From positions 178,511 through 242,510 of the forward strand of contig JAGVBK010000004.1 in the NCBI GenBank assembly GCA_020059745.1: a stretch of 64,000 nucleotides of DNA, written 5' to 3'. Positions 55,262-64,000 of this stretch are shown here, in pieces; the stretch's first letter is position 1, and the number at the start of each line of letters is the position of its first letter. The translations under genes were made by a program, and so were the position numbers. The notes beneath the pieces are model-generated. The model was not told the DNA's origin. It was given only the letters and a program-made list of their open reading frames with translations, and made no database searches. This DNA comes from Candidatus Shapirobacteria bacterium. Lineage in GTDB: Bacteria > Patescibacteriota > Microgenomatia > UM-FILTER-40-11.

Positions 55262-55894
55262 ATGAGAACAGTAGGAGAAATACTTTCCGAAAAAAGAAAA
55301 GAGCTAAACCTCAGTCTTGAAGATATTGAGAAAGAAACAAAAATCAGGCAAAAGTATCTTGAGGCAATTGAAAAAAACAATTTTCAGCAGATAGAGGAAA
55401 GCACCATTGTTAAAGGATTTATCAGGAATTATGCTCTTTCCTTGGGATTATCGGCTGAAAATGTTCTCGCTGTTTTCAGAAGGGATTTCAGGGAAAACGA
55501 AAAAGGTCAGGTTATACCGCGGGGGATGGTTGAACCCTTGGGCGAAAAAAGCTTTTGCTGGACTCCGAAAATGACCTTTATTTTTTTTGTTTCTTTTTTA
55601 ATCATCGGCTTTACCTACTTTTTTGTCAGGCAATATGTTGGTTTTTCTTCTGCTCCCGAACTTGAAGTTTTTTCTCCGGTTGAAGGCCAGGTATTTGAGG
55701 AAAAAATCGAAGTTAGAGGGAAGACTCATCCTGAAGCTTCGGTTAAGATTGACGGTACTTTAATCTCTATTTCGGAAGACGGCAGCTTTAAAGAAGAAGT
55801 TACTCTTCCCCGAGGAGAAAATTTTGTGACTGTTGAGGCAGTAAACAGGCAAGGTAAAAAAAGAACTTTTAATATAAAAGTAAAAGTGGAGTAA
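55262..55894 (+). CDS. RodZ-like HTH_25 membrane protein with Ig-like C-terminus
   Basis: TKIRQKYLEAIE..KGFIRNYA HTH, TM, beta-rich tail; follows ftsK. Confidence 0.8.
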   Translation: MRTVGEILSEKRKELNLSLEDIEKETKIRQKYLEAIEKNNFQQIEESTIVKGFIRNYALSLGLSAENVLAVFRRDFRENEKGQVIPRGMVEPLGEKSFCWTPKMTFIFFVSFLIIGFTYFFVRQYVGFSSAPELEVFSPVEGQVFEEKIEVRGKTHPEASVKIDGTLISISEDGSFKEEVTLPRGENFVTVEAVNRQGKKRTFNIKVKVE

Positions 55895-55949
55895 CCTTGA
55901 CAAGAAGTCTTTTTAAACCTTAAACTAAGTTATATAAAATAAACTGCCC

Positions 55950-56243
55950 ATGCAAATACCTTACCTTAACCAAGCTCTTCTTTTTTTAGTTGTTACGGTT
56001 TTGACCACCTTGCTTGCAATTGCCGGAGTTCAAGTGATTCACATTTTAAAAGAATTTAGGCAAACGGCAGCTAAACTTAACAAAATTGTTGACGACTGCC
56101 AGCTCATTTCTTCCTCTGTAGCTAAGCCAGTAGCCGGGCTTTCAGGTTTTATTACCGGTTTAAAAAGCGGCAGTGATTTTATTAGCTTTTTTTTGAAAAA
56201 CAAAACTCAAAAAACAAGCCTTAAGGAGCCAAAAGATGAATGA
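55950..56243 (+). CDS. Small membrane protein (DUF948-like)
   Basis: TM plus amphipathic coil, upstream of a YtxH-like gene. Confidence 0.65.
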   Translation: MQIPYLNQALLFLVVTVLTTLLAIAGVQVIHILKEFRQTAAKLNKIVDDCQLISSSVAKPVAGLSGFITGLKSGSDFISFFLKNKTQKTSLKEPKDE

Positions 56244-56685
56244 CGAAAACAATGAAAGCAATAACGGTTTTTGGATTGGTCTGATCGTCGGCGGCATATT
56301 AGGAGCAGGCGCTTCTTACCTTCTTGGTATCGAGGACAAGGAAGAAGCCAAAAAGAAACTTCTTCAAAAAGGCAAGTGGCTTCTTGAAAATTTTGAGGAG
56401 ATTGGTGAAAAAGTTGAAGAAAAAGGAGAGGAAATAAAAGAAAAAGCAACTGAGCAAGTGGCGGAAGTTAAGAAAGAAGTTGAAGAAAAGGTTAAAGATT
56501 TGCCGGAAATTGCCCAAGAAGCAGTCGAAAATGTTCAGAAAGCAGCGCAAGAAGCAGTTGAAAACATTGTTAACGCGGTTGAAGAAAACGAGGAAGTCTT
56601 GGTTGAAAAACCGGTTAAAGAAAAGAAAGCTTCCAGCGGAAAAAGGTTTTTCTTTAAAAAAGGAGCACCGCTGACAAAAAAATAA
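56236..56685 (+). CDS. YtxH-domain protein
   Basis: FWIGLIVGGILGAGASYLL followed by E/K-rich coiled coil. Confidence 0.75.
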   Translation: MNDENNESNNGFWIGLIVGGILGAGASYLLGIEDKEEAKKKLLQKGKWLLENFEEIGEKVEEKGEEIKEKATEQVAEVKKEVEEKVKDLPEIAQEAVENVQKAAQEAVENIVNAVEENEEVLVEKPVKEKKASSGKRFFFKKGAPLTKK

Positions 56686-56689
56686 TAAA

Positions 56690-57397
56690 ATGGAAAAAAA
56701 AGAAGCAGACGAAATCCAATCTCAGGAGCAAGTTCAACCAGCACAAACAGAACCAGCTCCTAATTTATCCGGAGAAAAATCTATTTTAAAAATCGTTGTT
56801 ATATTGGCTGTTGCCATCCTGTTAATTGCGACGGGAACAGTATTGGGAATGCAAATAGGGAAAAAGCAAATTGCTCCCAAGGAAATAATTTCCGACAAAA
56901 ATACCCCTACGGCTACGGTTTCCGAACCAACTATTACTCCAGTTGTTGATGAAACAACTAACTGGAAAACCTATTCAGATAATATTGCAAAATTTGAGAT
57001 TAAATATCCGGCTGGTTGGTCTTACTCCGTGAAGACAAAAACAAAAGTGTCTTATGGTGTAAATTCAAATGAACCAATTTATTATGGAAATTTATCTTTT
57101 TCCGGTCCAGAAGGACAAATTGAGCTTGTCTTTGGCGATGGTTTTGGCGGGGCGACATGTCAAGTGGCGAAGGGTGCTGGAGCACGGTTGGCCAATATTA
57201 AAATCGGTGATTACAATATTCCCTTATGTAATTACAAACAAGGAGAAATCATTTACTATGACAGTCCTTTTGGTGATGCTGGCGGTCCGCGAATTGGCAA
57301 TACCTCTTATAATTTTTCTTTTTCTTATCGAGAGTCTTCTCCTGAGTCTAAAGATTTAATTTTGGAAATTCTTTCCACTTTAAAGTTTGCCGACTAA
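56690..57397 (+). CDS. Single-TM surface protein with PsbP-like WKTY..YP domain
   Basis: TM, T/P linker, NWKTYSD..FEIKYPAGW ... ILSTLKF. Confidence 0.7.
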   Translation: MEKKEADEIQSQEQVQPAQTEPAPNLSGEKSILKIVVILAVAILLIATGTVLGMQIGKKQIAPKEIISDKNTPTATVSEPTITPVVDETTNWKTYSDNIAKFEIKYPAGWSYSVKTKTKVSYGVNSNEPIYYGNLSFSGPEGQIELVFGDGFGGATCQVAKGAGARLANIKIGDYNIPLCNYKQGEIIYYDSPFGDAGGPRIGNTSYNFSFSYRESSPESKDLILEILSTLKFAD

Positions 57398-57463
57398 GAG
57401 TTAGAATTGTTTCATTCAAAAAATTTGCCCTTTGGCTTCGGTTCAGCTATACTTTTAAATTAA

Positions 57464-59218
57464 ATGACCGCCAAGGAGCTTCGAGAAAAATTCATTAATT
57501 TTTTTACAGAAAGGGAACATAAAGTTATTCCTTCTTCATCGCTTATTCCCGAAAACGACCCGACCACGCTTTTTATTTCTGCCGGCATGCACCCTCTTGT
57601 TCCCTATCTTTTAGGAGAACCCCATCCCCAGGGAAGGCGGCTTTGCAGTGTGCAAAAATGTTTAAGAACCGGAGACATTGAGGCTGTTGGCGATACCTAT
57701 CATCACACTTTTTTTGAAATGCTTGGAAACTGGTCATTAGGCGATTACTGGAAAGAGACAATGATTCCCTTAAGTTTTGAATTTTTAACTAAGGTGCTTA
57801 AAATTCCTTCGGAAAAAATATCAGTCACTTGTTTTGCCGGAGATAAAGACGCTCCTAAAGACGAAGAAACTGCCAAGCTTTGGGAAAAGGCAGGAATTCC
57901 AAGGGAAAGGATTTTCTTTTTAGGCAAAGAAGACAACTGGTGGGGTCCGGCCGGAAAAACAGGGCCTTGCGGTCCGGATACGGAAATGTTTTATGATACC
58001 GGCAAACCCGACTGCGGGCCAGATTGCCAACCAGGGTGTTCTTGTGGAAAGTATCTTGAAATATGGAATGATGTTTTCATGCAATACTACAAAACACCTG
58101 AAGAAGATTTTAAGACTTTGGAGCAAAAAAATATTGATACGGGAATGGGGGTGGAAAGAACAACTGCGGTTTTAAATGGTTTAGACGACGATTACAAAAC
58201 TGAGCTTTTTTTACCAATTATTAAGGAAATTGAGAAAATCTCCGAGAAAAGCTACGAAAAAGAAGAAAACAAAAAGCCAATGCGTATCATTGCTGACCAC
58301 TTAAAAGCATCTGTTTTTATCTTGGCTGAAGGAATTACTCCTTCCAATACTGAACAAGGCTATGTCTTAAGAAGGCTTATAAGAAGGGCAGTCCGTTTTG
58401 GTAGAATGCTTGAAATTCACGGCTCTTTTAGCGGTTTGGTGGCAGAGTCGGTTATCAGGACAATGGGAGATACCTATCCTGAGATTGTTTCCCAAAGCGA
58501 AAGAATTTACAGGGAACTAGGGCTTGAAGAAGAAAGGTTTTTAAAAACCATTCAGCGGGGGACAAAAGAGTTTGAAAAGCTCTCCCAAAAAGGAAAGATC
58601 ACTGGTAAAGAAGCCTTTTTTCTTTATGAAACTTATGGTTTTCCTTTTGAGCTAACAGTTGAAATGGCTAAAGAAAAAGAAATTGAAATTAATGAAGAGG
58701 AGTTTATAAAAGCCCAAGAAGAGCATCAGCGAAAGTCAAGAATCGGTGCGGAAAAGAAGTTTGCCGGCGGTTTGGCTGACCAATCAGAACAAGTAACTAA
58801 ATACCACACAGCCACTCATCTTTTGCATGCAGCCTTAAGGAAAGTATTAGGCGAGACAGTGCGCCAAGCCGGTTCTAATATTACGGCCGAAAGAATGAGA
58901 TTTGATTTTACCTATCCTAGCAAAATGACAGATGAGCAAATTAACAAAGTTGAGGATTTAGTTAACCAAAAAATAAAAGAGAATTTGCCTGTGGAATTTA
59001 AGGTTGTTAGTCTTGAGGAAGCAAAAAAAGAAGGGGCAATGGCTTTATTTGAGCAAAAATACCAAGAAAGAGTTAAACTGTATAAAATTGGCGATTTTTC
59101 AAAAGAAGTCTGCGGAGGTCCGCATGTTTCTTTTACAGGTGAGTTAGGAAAGTTTAAAATAATAAAAGAAGAAGCCTCAGGAGCAGGCAAAAGAAGAATT
59201 TATGCAACCCTAAGCTAA
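57464..59218 (+). CDS. alaS: Alanyl-tRNA synthetase (short, no C-Ala domain)
   Basis: DPTTLFISAGM, HHTFFEMLGNWS, IDTGMGVER, HTATHLL, EVCGGPHV. Confidence 0.97.
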   Translation: MTAKELREKFINFFTEREHKVIPSSSLIPENDPTTLFISAGMHPLVPYLLGEPHPQGRRLCSVQKCLRTGDIEAVGDTYHHTFFEMLGNWSLGDYWKETMIPLSFEFLTKVLKIPSEKISVTCFAGDKDAPKDEETAKLWEKAGIPRERIFFLGKEDNWWGPAGKTGPCGPDTEMFYDTGKPDCGPDCQPGCSCGKYLEIWNDVFMQYYKTPEEDFKTLEQKNIDTGMGVERTTAVLNGLDDDYKTELFLPIIKEIEKISEKSYEKEENKKPMRIIADHLKASVFILAEGITPSNTEQGYVLRRLIRRAVRFGRMLEIHGSFSGLVAESVIRTMGDTYPEIVSQSERIYRELGLEEERFLKTIQRGTKEFEKLSQKGKITGKEAFFLYETYGFPFELTVEMAKEKEIEINEEEFIKAQEEHQRKSRIGAEKKFAGGLADQSEQVTKYHTATHLLHAALRKVLGETVRQAGSNITAERMRFDFTYPSKMTDEQINKVEDLVNQKIKENLPVEFKVVSLEEAKKEGAMALFEQKYQERVKLYKIGDFSKEVCGGPHVSFTGELGKFKIIKEEASGAGKRRIYATLS

Positions 59219-59221
59219 AAT

Positions 59222-61537
59222 ATGCTGCCCTTAAGTAGTTTACTTGAAAAAATTAACCCGCTTGATAAAAATAACGGTTCTTCTGTGGAATACTACCTCA
59301 GCTTGCTTGTTAATGAAAAAAAGGTAAAAAGCGCGATTTGGTCGGTTGCTAAAAACGGCGAAAAAGACATAGTTTTTGGCAATCCTGAATCATGGGGAAA
59401 CAACAACCCCGAAGAGCTTATTGTTGCCGCCGACGCTTCAATTGCCTCTGCGGTTACCAAGCTTGCCAGTCTTGAAGGAAAGCAGCCAGGTAAAGTTATT
59501 TTGGGTATTCCCGAAAATTGGGTGCAGGAAAATTCAATTGAACAAAGCAAGCAAGACCTTTTTAGAGAAGTCTGTAAAAAAATGGAATTAAAGCCAGCTG
59601 GCTTTATCGTTACTCCTGAGGCAATTGCCCACTTTCTAAAAAGCGAAGAAGGCGGCTTGCCCAGTTTAATTTTGGTTAATGTCGGCGAAACAGAAATTAC
59701 CGTTTCCCTTATTAGTAAAGGAAAGTTTTTAGGTAGCAAGTTGGTGGGCAGAAGCGACAACCTTGCCCTAGATCTAGAAGAAGGACTTCTTAGGTTTGAT
59801 ATTCAGGACAACCTTCCCAATAGAATTCTTCTTATAAACGACGCTGAAAACCAAAATATTGAAGAAGCCAGGCAAACATTAGTGGCTTACCCCTGGGTTG
59901 GTCCTGAGGGAGAGAAAAAGCTTAAGTTTTTACAACTGCCCAAAGTTGAGGTTGCCGACCCGAATTTTGAAATAAAAGCTGTTGTTTTGGCTGGTTTTAG
60001 GGAAATCAACCCGGAAAGAGCTGAAGAAAAAGTTGAAGTTCAGGCAGAAAAAAAAGTCAATGAAGAGCCTGTCTTTGAAACTACTCCAGAAGAAACTCTT
60101 CATGAAGAAAGTGAAAGCAAACACTTCGAAGAGCAGGAAGAAGATTTTGGTTTTCTAAAAGGTGAAGACATTTTAGCTACCGGGATTTATGTTCCCCAAA
60201 AGGCTGAAGCTGGCAGCGGAGTTGAGGAAAACGGGGAAACAGTTTACACCGCCAGTGAGGTACCGAAAGAAGAAATGAAAAGACCTGAGCCAATACCTAA
60301 GAGAAAAATTAGCTTTAACTTCCTGCCAAAGTTTTCTTTGGCTTTTTCCTGGTTTAAACGGATAAGGCTTCCTCGTTTAAGATTTGATTTAAAATTTGGA
60401 AAACTACCTCTAGTTGTTCTTTTTCTCCCACTCCTTGTTCTTGGTTTTTCCCTTTTTGGTTTTTGGAACTGGGCCAAGGCTGAGGTTAAAATCATTGTTG
60501 AACCGCAAAAAATTGATAAAGAATTTGAATTTACTATTTCAGACGAAATTACCGCAGCTGATTCCGAGGGAATGGTTGTGCCGGCGAGAACCCTGAGCCA
60601 TCAAGTTTCCGGCTCAAAAACAGCGCAAGTAACTGGTAAAAAAACAGTTGGGGACAAAGCCAAAGGAGAAATTATTATCTACAACCGCACTGAGCAGGCA
60701 AAAAGAATTCCCGCCGGCTCCATTCTTAAAGGACCCGGAGGACTTAAGTTTGTAATTGACGAAGAAGTAAATGTGGCTTCAAAAACAGCAGACCTGGCTA
60801 TGGGAGTTGATAAATGGGGAGAGATTAAAACAACGGCAACAGCTGAGGATATCGGTGCGCAATATAACATTGCTTCAGATTCGGTTTTATCCTTTGAAAC
60901 TGTTTCTTCTTCAAGCCTGCTTGTTAAAAACCCCTCTGCTTTTTCCGGAGGCACCAGCAGAGAAATACAGGCAGTATCCAAAACTGATAGGGAAAACCTA
61001 CAGAAAGAATTGCTTTCCGAATTAAGAGAAGTGGCAAAACTGGAAATCACAAACTCTCTTTCGGAAGGAGATTATCTTCTTGAAGATTCCTTTGAACTGG
61101 AAAGCAAAACCGATAGTTTTGACCGTGAGATTGACGAAGAAGCTACCAGTTTATCTCTTGAACAGGAGGCAGAATTTTCTGTTCTTTATATAAAACAAGA
61201 GGACTTTTTATCTCTTGTGGAAGAAGTGCTTAGCAGAGAAGTAAATGAGGGTTACCGCCGTGATTCTTCCTCAAGTAACCAGACCTTTAGTGTGGTTGAT
61301 CCTAAAAAAGGAGTTTATAAAGCCTCGGTGAGAGAAAAGTTTTTGCCCGAGATAAACACCGCGGGAATTCCGTTGCTTCTTAAAAGTAAACCTCTAAAAA
61401 GTGGAGAAAAAATTATTGGTAACATAAATAAAGTAAGCGGGGTTAAAATAAATATTAGCCCCAAACCCTTTTCCTATTTGAAATTCTTCCCTTTTAAGGA
61501 GCAAAATATTAGCGTTTCAATAGAAACACTAGAATAA
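59222..61537 (+). CDS. Membrane protein: degenerate FtsA/PilM-like N-domain, acidic linker, TM, baseplate-J-like extracellular domain
   Basis: ELKPAGFIVTPEAIA and LILVNVGETEITVSL resemble actin-fold connect1 and phosphate2; KAKGEIIIYN, ATAEDIGAQYNI, NPSAFSGG resemble the gpJ/gp47 motif series. Confidence 0.65.
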   Translation: MLPLSSLLEKINPLDKNNGSSVEYYLSLLVNEKKVKSAIWSVAKNGEKDIVFGNPESWGNNNPEELIVAADASIASAVTKLASLEGKQPGKVILGIPENWVQENSIEQSKQDLFREVCKKMELKPAGFIVTPEAIAHFLKSEEGGLPSLILVNVGETEITVSLISKGKFLGSKLVGRSDNLALDLEEGLLRFDIQDNLPNRILLINDAENQNIEEARQTLVAYPWVGPEGEKKLKFLQLPKVEVADPNFEIKAVVLAGFREINPERAEEKVEVQAEKKVNEEPVFETTPEETLHEESESKHFEEQEEDFGFLKGEDILATGIYVPQKAEAGSGVEENGETVYTASEVPKEEMKRPEPIPKRKISFNFLPKFSLAFSWFKRIRLPRLRFDLKFGKLPLVVLFLPLLVLGFSLFGFWNWAKAEVKIIVEPQKIDKEFEFTISDEITAADSEGMVVPARTLSHQVSGSKTAQVTGKKTVGDKAKGEIIIYNRTEQAKRIPAGSILKGPGGLKFVIDEEVNVASKTADLAMGVDKWGEIKTTATAEDIGAQYNIASDSVLSFETVSSSSLLVKNPSAFSGGTSREIQAVSKTDRENLQKELLSELREVAKLEITNSLSEGDYLLEDSFELESKTDSFDREIDEEATSLSLEQEAEFSVLYIKQEDFLSLVEEVLSREVNEGYRRDSSSSNQTFSVVDPKKGVYKASVREKFLPEINTAGIPLLLKSKPLKSGEKIIGNINKVSGVKINISPKPFSYLKFFPFKEQNISVSIETLE

Positions 61538-62307
61538 TGCTTTACCGTTATGTTAAGAAACAACCACGCTTTAATGTTTTTAGCCCAAAACTTGGAAGTT
61601 CTAGGAAAAGATATTTTGCCGGTTTCCTTTTGGTTGTCGGCATCTTTCTTTTTATAAACGCAGCCTATCCAATAATTTCCTACCAGCTTTTAGTGGCTCC
61701 CCGTTTTTCCGCTTCTTTTGTCAGCCCTTCTTCTGAGGCAGCAATTTCCCATTCTTTCGGGCCTCCTCAAAAAAATGAGTTTTTGAGCTCGGCTCAGGTA
61801 ATTGGCACTGAAATTGATTTGGTAGACTATACCAAGGCGGGCAACTGGTTTAGTGAAGAGAAAATTGAAAAGGAGTTTAGTGTTGAAACCGATAACTCTA
61901 CTTATTTCTTGTCAATTCCCAAGCTGGGGATAGAAAAAGCTGAGGTCAGGGTTGGGGTTGAGGATCTTAAGCAAAGCCTTATTCAGTATCCAGGAACAGC
62001 AGCACCTGGCCGTTATGGCAACACGGTTGTTTTTGGCCATTCGGTTCTGCCTCAGTTTTTTAACCCTAAAAACTACTTAACCATTTTTTCCACTCTTCCG
62101 ACCCTTAAAGTTCAGGATGAGATTATTGTCTACCATAACGAGGTTACCTATCGTTATGTAATTGAAAATATGATTGAAGTTTCTCCAAGCGATATTTCAA
62201 TTCTTGCCCAAAGGTTCGACGATTCGTATCTTACTTTAATTACTTGTGTACCGCCAGGTACTTATTTGCGCCGCTTAATTATCAGAGCCAGGCTGGCAAA
62301 AATTTAA
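61537..62307 (+). CDS. Sortase
   Basis: LSIPKLGI, GNTVVFGHS, LTLITCVPPG..RRL (His/Cys/Arg triad); N-terminal TM. Confidence 0.92.
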   Translation: MLYRYVKKQPRFNVFSPKLGSSRKRYFAGFLLVVGIFLFINAAYPIISYQLLVAPRFSASFVSPSSEAAISHSFGPPQKNEFLSSAQVIGTEIDLVDYTKAGNWFSEEKIEKEFSVETDNSTYFLSIPKLGIEKAEVRVGVEDLKQSLIQYPGTAAPGRYGNTVVFGHSVLPQFFNPKNYLTIFSTLPTLKVQDEIIVYHNEVTYRYVIENMIEVSPSDISILAQRFDDSYLTLITCVPPGTYLRRLIIRARLAKI

Positions 62308-62323
62308 AGAGTAAAATACGCTT

Positions 62324-62716
62324 ATGAAAATATTAGGCATTGATTACGGAAGAAAAAAAATCGGCCTTGCTTTGGCTGATACTTCTTTGGGGGTGGTTGA
62401 GCCTTTGCTGACTTTGCCTTTTTTAGGATTTTTAAAGGAAATCAGCGGGATTGTTTCCCGATATGAATTTAAAAAAATTGTAATTGGCAATCCCGGCGGT
62501 TTAATTGAAAAAGAAATCTTTGAATTTGGAAAAAAAATTAAAAAAGAAACCGGCCTTGAGGTTGACTTTCATGACGAAACCCTAACCACCGTCGATGCTC
62601 AAAAAGTACTTTTACAATCAGGAAAAAAAAGAAAGCAAAGGCAAAAAAAAGAGGATGCAATTGCTGCCGCTCTTATGCTAGAATCATATTTAGAAGGAGG
62701 TGTTAATAATGTTTAA
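62324..62716 (+). CDS. yqgF: YqgF/RuvX-family nuclease
   Basis: ILGIDYGRKKIGLA, VIGNP, DETLTT, DAIAAALMLE. Confidence 0.92.
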   Translation: MKILGIDYGRKKIGLALADTSLGVVEPLLTLPFLGFLKEISGIVSRYEFKKIVIGNPGGLIEKEIFEFGKKIKKETGLEVDFHDETLTTVDAQKVLLQSGKKRKQRQKKEDAIAAALMLESYLEGGVNNV

Positions 62717-62909
62717 AAACATAATTGCTCCCGTTCAGGCTTGGCTTCTTTCCAAGGGGCAATGTGTTGGCTGTGGTGCCCCCCTTTCTAAAGGTAATCA
62801 CACCAAAAGAGAGGACGGGACAGAGAAGATTACCTGCAAATGCGGTAGAATCTTCATATATGACAAAAAAGCCCAGAAATACCGCCGGGCTCTTTTTGAG
62901 GAAGTTTAA
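62709..62909 (+). CDS. Small Zn-ribbon protein (66 aa)
   Basis: CVGC...CKC; strong SD GAAGGAGGTG before ATG 62709. Confidence 0.75.
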   Translation: MFKNIIAPVQAWLLSKGQCVGCGAPLSKGNHTKREDGTEKITCKCGRIFIYDKKAQKYRRALFEEV

Positions 62910-62934
62910 GAAAATTACTGATTCTTCTTATAAG

Positions 62935-63942
62935 GTGAAAAAAATTCCTTTTAATCTTAGCGTGCTTTTTTTTCTTCTTTTATTTGTATTTATTGGCGGA
63001 AAAGTTTGGTGGAAAGAGAGCCTTAAGCCCTTTGACCCCAGCAAGCAAACAAAAATAAGTTTTGTGATTAGGAAAGGCGAGCCAATTTCCTTGGTTGCCA
63101 GCCGGTTAAAAGAGGAAGGATTAATAAAAAGCCCTGTTTTTTTTAAGGTTTATCTTATGATTCAGGGTTTGTCTAAAAAAATCCAAGCTGGCACTTATCA
63201 GCTTTCAGCCTCAATGACACCAATGGAAATCTCGGGATTATTCATAAAAGGAACCAACGACCAATGGGTGACAATTATAGAAGGTTTAAGACAGGAGCAA
63301 ATTGGAGCCCAGCTTATAAAAAGCGGTTTTGCAGTCAACCCTAAAGATTGGCAAGAAAAAGTAATAAGTGAAGGACTTGAGGGTAGAATCTTTCCGGATA
63401 GCTATTTGTTTCCCAAAGATGCTAAGGAGGAAACAATTCTTAAAATCATTGCCAGTAACTTTGAAAAAAAAGTTATAAGTGGGCTTAAAGAGGAAATTGC
63501 CGAAAGCAAACTCAGCTTTGAAGATGCCCTTATCCTTGCTTCAATTGTGGAAAGGGAAGCAAGAACGGAGACTGATAGAAAAATTGTAGCGGGAATTCTT
63601 TTAAAAAGACTTCAAAACAACTGGCCGCTTCAGGTTGATGCCTCGGTACAGTACGCAGTGGCAAGTCAAAGGTGCCGAAACTCATATGATCCAAACTGTG
63701 ACTGGTGGCCAAAAAGCCTGAGCAAAAACGATTTAAAAATAAGCTCTCCTTTTAATTCTTATCTTAATCAGGGTTTGCCGCCAGGACCAATTTGTAATCC
63801 AGGCCTTTCTTCGATTAAGGCTGCTCTTTCTCCCAAGGAAAGCTCGTATTGGTTTTATATCTCAGACCTTGAGGGAAAAATGCATTATGCTAAAACAAGT
63901 GAAGAACATGCCCAAAACATCGGCCGTTATCTTTTAAGGTAA
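62935..63942 (+). CDS. mltG: Endolytic transglycosylase MltG
   Basis: TIIEGLR, LEGRIFPDSY, ILASIVEREA, LQVDAS, SPFNSY..GLPPGPICNPG; start reassigned to GTG 62935. Confidence 0.93.
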   Translation: MKKIPFNLSVLFFLLLFVFIGGKVWWKESLKPFDPSKQTKISFVIRKGEPISLVASRLKEEGLIKSPVFFKVYLMIQGLSKKIQAGTYQLSASMTPMEISGLFIKGTNDQWVTIIEGLRQEQIGAQLIKSGFAVNPKDWQEKVISEGLEGRIFPDSYLFPKDAKEETILKIIASNFEKKVISGLKEEIAESKLSFEDALILASIVEREARTETDRKIVAGILLKRLQNNWPLQVDASVQYAVASQRCRNSYDPNCDWWPKSLSKNDLKISSPFNSYLNQGLPPGPICNPGLSSIKAALSPKESSYWFYISDLEGKMHYAKTSEEHAQNIGRYLLR

Positions 63943-64000
63943 GTTTTTTGAGGATAGAAATTTGCCTATGTTATAGGAAAGAAATCCTTTTTTGGGTAAG

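Noticed and set aside
56690-57397. Diversity-generating retroelement target
   Set aside because: No reverse transcriptase and no TR/VR repeat pair seen in the window
59222-61537. Prophage or contractile injection system
   Set aside because: Only one baseplate-like domain, membrane-anchored, among housekeeping genes; no sheath, tube, capsid, terminase or integrase
62725-62934. N-terminal extensions in the ORF track (mltG; also rpsT, hrcA, TrpR-like, femAB 16286-16333, UvrD fusion, Lon)
   Set aside because: They overlap other genes, promoters or repeats; downstream starts fit family N-termini and promoter spacing
1-64000. Alternative genetic code (UGA=Gly, as in Gracilibacteria/Absconditabacteria)
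   Set aside because: Conserved genes are full length under code 11, and TGA ends genes at expected positions (2399, 3408, 53123)

Overview
Low-GC, very gene-dense chromosomal segment using the standard code (TGA is a stop). It is most consistent with a Patescibacteria/CPR genome of the Microgenomates type. This is an inference from the minimal IF2, AlaRS, MetRS and Obg proteins, the YerC/TrpR-like protein, the many GT-C glycosyltransferases and the FtsA-like/baseplate-J-like protein. Contents in order: 3' end of ppdK; cupin; RecD/Dda-like helicase; tRNA-Cys; an envelope and glycosylation region (UbiA-type phosphoribosyltransferase, WecA/TagO, GT2, GT4, four GT-C proteins plus a DUF2298/YYY protein, FemABX pair, LCP, MurJ); metG; rmuC; a UvrD-PD-(D/E)XK fusion and pcrA; an orphan pilN-pilO operon with an LPxSG surface protein; rpsT; hrcA-grpE-dnaK-dnaJ with a CIRCE; nusA-infB-dead DHH-rpsO-pnp-Lon ATPase-udg-rnj-obg; proS; ftsK-rodZ; and alaS-(FtsA-like/baseplate-J-like fusion)-sortase-yqgF-Zn ribbon-mltG. 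I found no CRISPR array, integrase, transposase or prophage. The most notable signals are: (1) about 18 transcription units whose -10 box lies 6-8 nt before the start codon, implying pervasive leaderless mRNA; (2) a membrane-spanning degenerate-FtsA/baseplate-J-like fusion coupled to a sortase, plus a PilM-less pilNO operon; (3) a protease-less Lon ATPase inside an RNA-decay operon; (4) a tRNA-Cys with an apparent A18/G55 elbow swap, with truB missing from its usual locus. All product calls come from motifs recognised by eye; no database search was run.
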